Below are positions 36,693 through 47,939 of a stretch of DNA of 64,000 bases, one piece after another; the first letter of the stretch is position 1, and each line of letters opens with the position of its first letter. This stretch comes from Takakia lepidozioides (Eukaryota; Plantae; Bryophyta): positions 93,496,001-93,560,000 of the forward strand of contig CM060731.1 in NCBI GenBank assembly GCA_030704615.1. Direction: 5' to 3'. The notes under the pieces are model-generated. The model saw only the letters and a list, made by a program, of their open reading frames with translations. It was not told where the DNA came from and did not search any database. A program made the position numbers and the translations under genes.

Positions 36693-39600
36693 TTGAGTGT
36701 CAACACGGAGGTGCCACTAGTTGCTGGGGACAGTGCCGGTTCGAGCACTAGCGATACTAGTGGGTACACGAGACGAGGTGTGCGGTTTAGGCCACCTTCA
36801 CCTCCTGTGTCTTCCACGGAAGGTTCTGATTCGGATTGTGAATCAGGAGGGCTCATACCGGCGGTGCAAGTTGTTTCTTTGCCATTATTGTGGGACACAA
36901 TGGAGGAGATGTATGGAGCTACCAAGGGGCCACGAAGGTACTCTGGGGCGGTGGGCACCATTGAGTTGGATGATTTTATCCAAGAGTTTGATAGTTGGTG
37001 TGATTTGCAGCAAATGCGCAATCCACAACTATTTACGCCGTTCATGGCATGGAAAGGGCTGTTTCAGCACCTTGAGGGGCCGCCTATGGATGATTACCAT
37101 GAGTTCAGGCGGGGGCATGAGGTTGAGATCGAGGAGTGGAGGATGTACTGGTCACCCGACTATGTCTCCATCACTAGGGGCACTAGAGCCACGAGGGCAG
37201 TGGCTACACCTGCCGCTGCACCGGCAGCTTCAGCAAGTAGCAGTGGGACTGGTGGTACAGTAGCTACGACGTCCACCCAAGCCACTACCGCACCAGCACT
37301 AGCACCCGTGCCTGCCTTCAACCCTGTTGTGGAGTTCTTCGAAGAGTTGAGAGGGAACTACCAAGGGGTGAGGACAGAGAAGTTGCGGAGCTTGCAAGAG
37401 TTCCAACGGAAGCCGACCGAGAGCTTGAGGGAGGCTTTCACTCGCATGAGGCGCTTGATAAATGTAACCCAAGGGGTTACGGAAGCTCAGGCAGTCCAAT
37501 TCTGGTATGGGATATTGGACAAGGAGCTGAGGAGAAGGGTGCGGGATGCAACTCTCCTACAAGCGGCCCAACCCACCTTAGCAAATGTGTTTTTGCTGGC
37601 AGAGCGGATAGAGCTCAACATGGTGGAGGAACGAGTGGTCATGGTGGGATTTGCTAAGGAGACACCACGGGGTAGTGGTGCTCCTAGCCAACCACTACCT
37701 CAACGTGCTCAAGGCAACAAGGGGGCTCAGGTGAAGCTCAGGGAAGGGCAGAGAGGACCTCAGATGCAGGGGTCTCTCCCTTCATTTGCTGGCCAACAAC
37801 GGGCGGATGTGGTGTGCTGGACATGTGGAGGACCCCATGTCAAGAAGGATTGCCCAGAGGGAGGCAAAGGGCCGGCACATGCACAGCCTGCACAGTTGCA
37901 GTGTGGGCATTGTGGCAAGCACGGGCATGGAGAGGCCCAGTGTTATGGTTTGCATCCTGAGTTGCGCCCAGGCCAGTTCCAAGGGAACAATGGTGGCCGG
38001 GGGCGAGGTGGAGCAGCCCAGAGAGGACGAGGTGGCCAGCCACGAGGTGCAGGCCAAGGGCAAGCTCAACGTGGCCAAGGACGCGGAGGTCAGGGTGTTG
38101 ACCAAGGCATGGCCAACCGGCTTCAGCAGCTAGAGCAGAGGCTCGCTGCCATGGCTACAGCTCAGGTGGTACCGGCTCTAAGGCCGGATGGTCCACCTCC
38201 TGCTCCTGAGGGAGGAGATATGGGAGGCATGGGATTCATGTGTGGAGCAGCACTACCACTAGTGCAGGTGGAGTCTGCTGCAGCCGTGACTCGAGGAGCA
38301 GCACGAGTTCCTGAGCCACGAGGTGCAGAGGTGGAGTTGGATCCACAGCGTGGGGAGGCAAGCCGTCAGGCTAGGCTTCCTCAGTCATTCACATTGGCGG
38401 AGACAGTGTCGACGCCATCCATGGCACCTAGTTCTCGCCCGACTGTTACCGAGGCGGAGGTTACTATGCCATTGGGGAGAGCTACACGGGTAGCACCACT
38501 ACCTAGTGTTGCCAAGGCTACGGCAGCTAGTGTGCTGCTAGGAGCGGCCACATCTGTGTGCCAGGCTCCATTGTTCTCGGCTACCATGATTGCGACGCCG
38601 GGGGTAAGACCAGCTGAGGTGTTCAGGCTGGCAGCTACACTCTGTGAGAGTGGGGAGGTTACTTCATCTTCTGCGGAGATAGTGGGAGGTGTAGTGCCGG
38701 AGGGATCCTCGGATTTGAGGGTCAAGACTGCCACGGCGGCGCCATGGCAAGCTGCAGCTGCCAGGTTGATGGAGCTGCCAGCTAGGCCAGCCATTGAGCG
38801 CGCCATGGTGACACCTGGAGTTGTCATGTTAGACAACCAGGATGGCATTTTCTGTTTGAGTGGACCGGCAGGCAAGAGGTACCGGCCACTGCGAGTCTTG
38901 TTGGACTCGGGAGCTCAGCCACTGATGCTGGGCAGAGCTGCTATTGCAGGCTTGGGCCTCACGGAGGCGGATATGGAGCCTTGTCCTTTCCAGATACAGA
39001 CGTCTCTGGGAGGATCGGAGCAGGCTCGGGGCATGACACGGCATGAGTTGGCTATCAGACTACGGCCGGATCACCCTACAGATGGCTCAGTGATGCGAGC
39101 CAAGGCCATTGTGACAGACGCAGTCTCATACGATGTCCTGGTTGGTGGGGCAGTGTTGTACCCCATGGGCTTCACCCTGGATTTTTGGGAGGAGTCAGCT
39201 TCCTATAGGCCTGCATGGCAGTCAGGGGAGGGCCGGCGTGTGCAGCTCCCTGTGACGTTCATAGGAGGAGTTGCGGTTGCCCAGCGAGGCAAGATGCCGA
39301 CACTAGCAGCATTCACAGCGGCAGTGAGTTGGCCTAGAGAGTTGCTTGAGGGCAATGCTCATTCAGAGGATGTACCACCTCCGGGAGAGCAGGATGACAT
39401 GTATGGTATGGCGGAGTTGCCTACCATGGTTGCTCAGACTCCATTGTGGGGCACGAGCAAGGATTTGCAGCGGGATGCTGATCGACGGGTGCAACAAGCC
39501 TGGGTGGAGGCTTTTGTACCGTCAGGAGAGGAGGAGAGTGTGGGGATTGCACCAGGACCACCTCAATTGTCTCCATTGGACACCACACCTATTGTGTGGC

Positions 39601-40843
39601 AGTCTCCGGATGAAGGCATTTGTCTTCTGGACTTGTTTGGCGGGATCAGCACCGGATTGGCTGCTGTGTTACAGGCAGGTGTACGAGTTCGGCGTTACCT
39701 GTATGTGGAGAGGGATGAGACTGCACGACGCGTTTCACTTCGCCATGTTGCTCAGTTGGTGCAGCGGTACCCTGAGTTGTTGTCGGTGTCTGCAATTCGT
39801 GGATATCAGCAGGCCTTGCCAGCAGACATTTCGTTGCTGGGGGCGCAGGATTTGGAGCGGGTTGGCTCCATTGATCTGGTAGTGGCAGGTTGGCCCTGCC
39901 AAGGGCATTCATCAGCCGGGCATGGCAATGGATTGCGAGACTCGAGGTCGGGTCTGTTTTGGGAGATGGTGCGGGTTTTGCGCCACTTGCAGCTTCATCA
40001 AGCTGTATCTCCAGCATACATCTTGGAGAATGTGCCACTGATGGGCGATTCTCGGGCCAGGGTGATGGCCAGTGTGCATCAAGTCCGGTCGTGGCTTGGG
40101 TCAGCAGTGTTGCTAGATGCAGCTACAGTGGGGTCACGGGCTCATCGTCCACGGCTATGGTGGACTAACATGATGCCACCCGCACTGCTCAAGCGTGCAT
40201 TTGATGGGGTGCAGCGGCCAGCACATCTCACAGTGGATAACATTCTGGACACAGGGAGGCAGTCTCAACGTGTGAGACACGATGACCGTTCGCCTTTGGC
40301 AGTGGTCAAGGTACCATTACACTGCTCAGCTTCCCAGGATCGCATGCTTTCCGGGATAGTGGACCTGGCCTCCTGTGGGATGCTCAGTTGCAGCAGTTAG
40401 TGGAGCCTAATGCTGACGAGCGTGAGCGGGCAATGGGTTTTACCACTGGTACCACGGCGGTGTCGTCTCTTTCTGAGGCATCACGTCGTCAAGTGTTGGG
40501 GCAAGCAATGGATCTCAATTGCTTGACCTGGATTATCAGCTTGGCTCTAGCTGAGCAACGCAGAGTGCGGAATACACTTCCCTCAATGGTCTCTCTGCCT
40601 ACCGAGACGGTACAGGCAGTGAGTGGGGGCGAGCATATGAGGACCACGGGGTGCATGCATCCATGGCACACGTGGGAGGTGCTCGAGGTTCAGAGGGAGT
40701 TGGCAGCCAAGGCGGCTGTGATGGATGAGGTTGGGGATTCTTCTCGAGTTGAGGAGGTCCTCAAGGATGAGATGATGGGGCAGGATGATGCCTTGTCATT
40801 GACTGAGCAGGTAGGGAGTACTGCTCAAGAGGTTGCAGCATAG
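36693..40843 (+). CDS. Gag-protease-C5 DNA methyltransferase polyprotein, with a frameshifting deletion at about 40310
   Basis: Capsid-like region; knuckles CWTCGGPHVKKDC and CGHCGKHGHGEAQC; protease VLLDSGA...YDVLVG; DNMT motifs at about 39618-40560. The first in-frame ATG is at 36900. Confidence 0.93.
39618..40560 (+). other. DNMT3-like cytosine-5 methyltransferase domain
   Basis: LLDLFGGISTG (I), YVERDE (II), VAGWPCQGHS (IV, catalytic Cys at 39897), YILENV (VI), RAHRPRLWWTN (VIII), ERERAMGF (IX), RRQVLGQAM (X). Confidence 0.95.
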
Positions 40844-43800
40844 CAACCACGGGACGCGTCCTCTACCTCTAAGCCCACTGGACTTAAGGTTGTAGTTACG
40901 GAGGACAATTGGGAGCCTGACATTGGACCCATTGTCACCGGAGGAGAGAGACGACGTATACGGCGGTTCCTGAGGGCTTACAGGAATTGCTTTGCCTTCA
41001 GTTTGAAGGACTTGGGAGCACTGAAGGGTCAAGAGATCCGTATTGAGTTGGCCACTGACACGCCAATCTTTCGGAGACCCTATAGATACAGTGACATGGA
41101 GAGGTCTTTGATTCAGATGAGGACTCAAGATCTCTGGGAGGCAGGTTTGGTGGAGCTCTCTGGTGGAGAGTATGCTTCAGCCACAGTGATGCCAGCCAAG
41201 AAGGATGTCTATGGCAATTGGACGGAGAGACGTATGTGCGGTGATTACCGGCCTGTAAATCGTCAGACCAAGTCCGATAAGTATGCCATGCCAACACCAG
41301 AGGAGATCTTTGATGCCATCGGGCATGCTAAGGCCTTTAGCACTTTGGATTTACGATCCGGATATCACCAGTTGCCAATCAAGGAGGCGGACAAGCAGAA
41401 GACGGCATTCTGGGGGATCAATGAGCACGGCAAGGATTGCCTATATCAGTGGCGGTTCTTACCATTTGGGCTTAAGAATGCTCCTGCAGAGTTTCAGAGA
41501 GTCATGGATAGGATTCTAGCAGGGGTGGACTTTGCTCGGTGCTACATAGATGACATCATCATCTTTAGTGTTACGATGGAGGAGCATGAGAGACACCTTC
41601 AGGTGGTATTGGAGCGCTTGAGAGCGCACGGATTGAAGTTGCATCCGGGGAAGTGCAAGTTTTTCCACAACCAGATTGAGTATCTGGGTCACATGATATA
41701 TCCTGGAGGATTGGGGGTACAGCAGACTAAGGTAGAGGCCATTGCACAAATTCCACGCCCCACGGATGTGAGCCGAGTTCGAGCTTTCATGGGGTTGGCA
41801 AACTATTATAGACGGTTTGTCAAGGGATTTAGTACCATTGCAAAGGCTCTAACCAAGCTGACCAAGGTGGACCAGGAGTGGCAGTGGGAAGATGAGCAGG
41901 AACGAGCTTTTCAAGAGCTCAAGGCGAGGTTGACCTCGGCGCCTATCTTGAGACGACCTATCAGGGGGCGTCCTTTCAGCTGCATACGGATTGGAGCATG
42001 CTGGGGCTTGGAGCGGTGCTCACACAGGTGGATGATGAGGGAAGAGAGTTCGTAGTGGCTTACGCTAGCCGCTCGAACAACGCTGCAGAGGCTAAGTACA
42101 GCTCATATGAGGGAGAGTGCTTAGCTGCAGTGTGGGCCGTGGCACACTTCAGGTGCTATCTATACGGCAATCTTTTCACCCTTGTCACGGATCACCAGCC
42201 ACTCAAGTGGTTGATGGAGTCAGACAAGCTTACGGGGAAGCTTGCACGGTGGGCACTTATACTCCAGGAGTATGACTTTCAGGTTGTGCATCGACCGGGT
42301 TTGGTCAATCGGGATGCGGATGGATTGAGTCGCAATCCATGCATGAGCCAGCAGGATGACACTGGAGCTCGGTGGCATGGTGAGACGGACGAGGAGATGG
42401 TGCCGGGATGGCACGCATCTGCATTTTTGTGTATCTTGGCATCGGGAGGTCAGATTGGACCTACAACAGGGATGACTGTAGACGGAGTGTCTGAGGACCC
42501 TGAGGCTAGTGATGAGCTAGGTGGTGCCAGAGATATACATGAGGATTCGGCTGTGTTGGACTACCTCCGCACGGGAGACACGGCAGCCATTGTGACTGCC
42601 AGGGAGAGGGATCGGATCCTGCAACGAGCCAAGAGGTTCAAGTGGGAGGGGATACACCTACTTCGAGTGTGGGAGGATGGTCGGGTGAGGATTGTGCCTC
42701 ACCCCACACAGCGTGCACGGTTAGTGCGGCATGCCCATGAGGAGTTGGGGCATTTTGGAGTGCGACGCACTCACAGTTTACTGCAGGGGCAGTATTGGTG
42801 GCGTGGTATGCATACAGAGGTGCAACAGTTTGTGGCTAGGTGCATGGTGTGTGACAGGGTGCGTGCTTCATTCAACGCCCCTACACCACAGTTGCATCCT
42901 TTACCTATCATGGGATTGGGCTACAGGTGGAGTCTTGACTTCGCAGGACCGTTGCCACTGACTATGCGCCACCACAGATATGTGTTGGTGATGGTGGAGC
43001 ACTTCTCCAAGTGGATTGAGTTGGTTCCATTGCCTGACAAGGCTAGTGAGGGGGCTGCGTATGCATTCTTGGATCGTGTGCTTAGCCGATTTGGTGCTCC
43101 AGCTGAGGTACTCACGGACCAAGGGAGAGAGTTCTTGGGGGAGTTTCAGGCTTTGTGTGATAAAGCCTTGATAGACCACCGCACCACTTCTCGGGATCAT
43201 CCTGAGGCCGATGGCTTAGCAGAGAGAGTTGTTCAGACGGTGAAGAGGGGTTTGCGCAAGTATGGCTTGCAGAAGGGACACCTAGGAGATTGGGATCTTC
43301 AGGTTCCTTGGTTAGCCATGGGCTACAGGTTCAGCAAACAAGCATCACTTGCCTCCTTCTCACCATATTTCCTTCTCTTTGGCCGAGAGCCGGATTTGCC
43401 TGCAGCCATTCGTAGGGACACTGCTCAAGTCCTTAACCTTGACGATCCGGACGTGTGGGTACGTGCATGTGATCAGCGTGCAGAGTTGTTCAAGAAAGTC
43501 ATGCCCATGGCTTTTGAGAACCTTGCCATTGCACAGCACCGTGATACGTTGAGGTATGCCACTATACGTGGTGGAGGATATCGTCCTGGGGTTCGGAGGT
43601 TTAGCCCTGGTGACTATGTTTATTTGCAGCAGACTGCTCCTACGACTCTGGATGTTACTGCAGGGCGTGTTATTCTGAGGGTTCGAGAGGTGTTGCCCTC
43701 AGGGGTCCTGATCTTGGAGGGTCGGGATGGCATGACTTGGAAGGACCATGTGCGTAATTGTGCGCCATGTCACCTTCCCAATGTCGATGGCAGAGTTGAC

Positions 43801-43977
43801 CCAAACTTGGCAGTGGTACCTGCAGGTTTGAGGTGCATGCTCTGTGGGTCTGCCAAAGGGGCAGCCACCATGCTGGTGTGTGATCGATGCTCAAGGGGTT
43901 GGCATATGGGATGCTTGACACCACCTCTTGAGAAGGTTCCTGACGGAGATTGGTTGTGTCCACACTGCTTGGGATAG
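40844..43977 (+). CDS. RT-RNase H-integrase-PHD, with a 1-bp frameshift at about 41978
   Basis: RMCGDYR, LDLRSGYHQ, LPFGLKNAP, YIDD; RNase H TDWS..YSSYEGECLA..TDH; HHCC, SLDFAG/TDQG/AER; PHD at 43834-43968. In frame with the upstream ORF across the TAG at 40841-40843. Confidence 0.95.
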
Positions 43978-44220
43978 TGGCAGTGGACATGACTGGAGGC
44001 AGCTAACAAGACATGGGAGGCCAAGCTCATAGGAGTCAATACATGAGATCCCAAGCTCAAGTTCACAGGTTGCAAGACGACGACTAACGATGGGGCAACT
44101 CTTGCACCCGGCCTCTTGATCTATCGAGTTTGAGTGTAGTAGGGATAGTGGTGGAGGACTTAGTGAGGCTATGGTCACTATCACATCTTGTGGCTACCTG
44201 GACTTAGAGGGACCTAAGCA

Positions 44221-44236
44221 CCAGCTAGGGGGGCGA
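44221..44236 (+). promoter_or_regulatory. Polypurine-tract-like motif
   Basis: CCAGCTAGGGGGGCGA lies directly before B1 and is conserved in copy 1 (1539-1554, minus). Confidence 0.7.
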
Positions 44237-44943
44237 TTGTGTGGACTAGTGATTGCCATAGTGGGCAGCGTAGTGGCAGCCTAGTGACTGACTAGTTGTA
44301 GCCTAGTGGTTGGACTAGTGGCTGGACTAGTGGTAGACTAGTGGTATACTAGTGTGTGGTGTGCACATGTGTTGTGTGGTTTTGGACAGCGATGTAGTTG
44401 TGTAGCGATATGTATGCGCACGACAGCTGTCAAGTTATTTTACCACTAGTGTGAAACTAGCTAGGAAATAGCTAGCTTTTACATATTGACATTTGGGATT
44501 GGCCCAAGTGTCAATCCAGGGGTCAAGGCAGATTTAGGCCCTGGAGTGGTTATCTTCACGGCAAGCGTGGGAGGCTCATCTTTCTCGAGTTGAGCCTCAC
44601 CGCGCCTAGCTATGGCGCCGTAGTGTGGATTCCCCATGGCGTGGGGTGCACTTGGCTTGACTTGTATTTGAGTGATGAGGTTATATATGCATGAGTTTAT
44701 GCTTCAGCTTTGTGAGCTCGCATGAGCTTGTGCTTGTATTCTTCCTCTTTATCATTGTGTGGACTAGTGATTGCCATAGTGGGCAGCGTAGTGGCAGCCT
44801 AGTGACTGACTAGTTGTAGCCTAGTGGTTGGACTAGTGGCTGGACTAGTGGTAGACTAGTGGTATACTAGTGTGTGGTGTGCACATGTGTTGTGTGGTTT
44901 TGGACAGCGATGTAGTTGTGTAGCGATATGTATGCGCACGACA
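44237..44943 (+). repeat. B1-GC-A2-B2 terminal block
   Basis: B1 (44237-44425) and B2 (44755-44943) are both 189 bp and look identical; both contain internal CTAGTGG repeats. Confidence 0.97.
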
Positions 44944-45849
44944 GCTTGTTTATGTCAATTTACTTGCATCAAATCTCTCTCAATCAAACAAGCATGTCCC
45001 AAAAGTTAAAACGTTACCTTGACAGATCTGAGCCAATGATTATGAATAATATGATTTTGAATAATTGGATTGTGGAAACAACCTTTGAAGAAACCAATTT
45101 CATTATTGTTATCAGTCTCATATTTAACTTGGTCTAATCGCACTAGAGTTGGTTGGGAGTTTCTACTTTGCCTGTGCATAATTTAGATGATCTAGGGTTC
45201 GAAATGTCCACCTTTCAACGGAAGGCCATAGGCCCTCGGGATGAAGAGACATCATAAATATTCAAGCTTCCGGCTTTGGGAGGCATCATCATTTTTTTTT
45301 AAATTTGTTTTGGGCCCGATCCGATCAAATCTCACTTTGTCCTTTGTTTTCTCGACCTTGCAAAGATGTGGCAATGCCAAAGGGATCATGATCGGCATTG
45401 AGAGTTAGATATCCTTCATTTAGGATGAAAAGCTATATTTGAGTATGGCTACATGTCATGCTATAGTAGATTTTGAAAATGATATATAGATGACGCCAAC
45501 TGGAGGGGAACCGGAGTTAACGTAAATAAGAATCTATTTCCCCTTTCGGGGGTGGGCCTTATGAAATGGGTCGTATCTACGAGGTGATAAGTTGGCCACT
45601 CTCAATCTTGCGTTTGTCGAGGACATTGAGAGCTATAAGTTCTCTGATAGCCATAAAATGTAGGGTGCAAAGGAGTTTAGTGATGGCGGTACGGGATAGT
45701 AACTTTCAATTTTTGTTTCAAAATATTGATATTAATGTGGTTATGAGCGTCACTCCTAACACCTGCAATAATAATAGTCAATGAGACGATATGTCATCCA
45801 TGCTGGTGAAGGGTCAGCACCAAGGGTTCATATTTCTAACGATTATAAT

Positions 45850-46420
45850 GTAAATTCATTTATATGGATAATGAGGGAGGAGTAAAGGTCTCTCAATGTT
45901 GTCGAGGAGATTTGGAGTCCTTGGACACGTAGTGTATCAAGGGAGAGTCGTGTTAGTGGCATGGAAGAATGAAACAAATGCAAGGCAGGAGCCACTGGGG
46001 AATTGTGTGGTTGGCCTACCTTGGAAGGTACCATCGCTAATGAGGTTGAACCATCTAGAGACCTATATGGTGTGATAGGAGGAGTTTCTTAAGTTGTTAG
46101 ACTCTTTAATTATGGCGAGTTATTTGGAGATCCTGTAGTGTGAGGTATGTGGAGTGTAGGAGAAGATGCAGCCATATTGTATCTACTTGGGGGGTTTGAG
46201 CATAGCACATCATGCAATTTAATATGATATAGTGTTGGCCAAATTATATATATATTTTTTAATTTATCCATGTATTGTCCATATCGGAATCGGAGTATTT
46301 GTTTGATTTGTGCATCAGTTATTGCGTTAGATGTCCAAAAGTGGTTGAAAGTGATACACAGAGTGAATGACGCGGTACAACCACTTGAAGTTTGCAATTG
46401 ATGATAATCATCATATCACT
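45850..46420 (-). mobile_element. C-terminal fragment of an RLE-type non-LTR retrotransposon
   Basis: NHFWTSNAITDAQIKQILRFRYGQYM is followed, in a shifted frame, by TWLHLLLH...ITRHN, the knuckle/RHN signature. Confidence 0.5.
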
Positions 46421-47648
46421 AAATGGGTTCGGTTACAGGTGCTACATAGCACCTCTGTCCCTATAGGGCCCACCCCTGACAGGGGGTAGTAGCCGCAAGG
46501 TGAAGTGGCTCTTAGTTACGCCGGCTTTGGCCGGAGTCTTCTCTCTCTCTCTCTCACTAAATGGGACGAGTACTGATATGTGGCAAAACTTGGTCTTGGT
46601 TGATTGCTGACACTTTTGAGTTGTGGTGACCTTTTGGAGGAAGTGATTTAAGGCTCATATTGAATTCAGGCTTCTCTTCTTTACAAAAGAAAAACCAAAA
46701 CTATACACTCATCACTAGTGAGGCTGCACTGACTTCAAAATCTCTTCGCTAAATTATTTATATATCTTATTTTGGAAAACTTATTTTGATAAAAGAGATT
46801 TGTGTGTACTTGGCTGTAAAGCAAAGCAACATCTATTAGCAATGAAGATATGAATTTCGCGTGATGATGAGCATCATAATGTGAGCACACTGACATATTA
46901 ATATATTCACAAAATATGCTTATGAATTTTTTCTGCATTATGAAACGAAAGTTGTTCACAAGAGAATTTTTCCAAAGAGAGAGAAGACGCCAAGCCGGGC
47001 CGGCGAAGAATTCTTTCAAAATTGATGCAAAAGTTTTGCAAATCTGGCTCACATATGTATCAAGTGACACAATCAAGAGTATAAGCAACCGAATCACAAG
47101 CATAAAGAACCTAATCATGAGGATGGGAAATTTTTGGATTATTCTTCAATTATACATGAACATATGGAATCAACGGATTAGGTTTCATATGAAAATTCAG
47201 AATAATGATTTTATCAACATACTATTTTATATCCTAGAATTCGGGCTGAAAATATTTATGTTCCAACAATGTCAAATGCAATTCCAAAACAATTGTCCGA
47301 TCTGAATAGTAAGCAAAGACCAATTTTGTTTTCGAGTTTTCGGATAAACTTGGATTACTGATTTGAATGAGTTTTGTTGGCCAAACTCTTTGAAACCAAA
47401 ACAAATTGTTTCACACTGACATACCTATTTTATTTATTTATGTTTAAATCTTTCTTCAAAGAAAATGGGATCGAGGCCTTGTAATGCCTCTCATTGAACA
47501 ATATTAGCGTCTTCAATGCCCGCGCGTGTGGCGGCGGCGGGGCCCGCGTGTGGCAGAGGGTGGGATCGCCCCTACCCGGACCCGGCCAGTCTGCTGTTGG
47601 GTCTGCCCGGCAAGCTAGTCTGCTGGGGCCCACAATATGCACATAATT

Positions 47649-47686
47649 CTAGCGACGACCGAAGGTCGAGAGCTAGTTTAGCGTAG
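47649..47686 (+). mobile_element. Helitron-like hairpin-CTAG terminus
   Basis: CTAGCGACGACCGAAGGTCGAGAGCTAG, with a near-identical copy at 62897-62924. Confidence 0.55.
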
Positions 47687-47939
47687 AGCAGGAATAGGGT
47701 GCCATAGTGCCACATCATCGTCGCCTCCTGTCGTAGCCACCTGTCGTCACCACGTTTCGTACGTCGTCAATTTCTTTGGGCCCTGCCCAGTCTGCCCGAA
47801 AATAACTGGGAAAAAAACCCGGATAGATGATGCCCCCGCGTCCTTGATCGCGTTTACAAGGTTCTTGGAAGAGTCAGCTTGGTCTTACGCCGTGTTTCAA
47901 TCTCTTTCTGCACCATGGTGGTTCTCACAGACCAATCTG

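Larger units (their letters stand above)
33149..44943 (+). mobile_element. Near-complete Ty3/Gypsy-type retroelement with DNMT3-like methyltransferase, PHD-integrase and split direct repeats (copy 2, 11.8 kb)
   Basis: TGTC...GACA termini with GCTT on both flanks (33145-33148, 44944-44947). A1 33149-33475; B1 44237-44425; GC; A2 44428-44754; B2 44755-44943. Domain order is gag-PR-DNMT-RT-RH-INT-PHD. Confidence 0.96.

Noticed and set aside
39618-40560. Host DRM/DNMT3 gene or bacterial contamination
   Set aside because: The domain is intronless, in frame within the Gag-protease polyprotein, repeated in a second element, and surrounded by spliced plant-type genes.
40305-41985. Frameshifts at about 40310 and about 41978 as programmed frameshifts
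   Set aside because: Copy 1 reads through both positions (NRVGQPHAALP and RPFQLHTDW), so they are deletions specific to copy 2.
33149-44943. DIRS/Ngaro tyrosine-recombinase element, suggested by the split repeats
   Set aside because: It encodes an aspartic protease and an HHCC-DDE integrase in Gypsy order. No recombinase ORF was seen.
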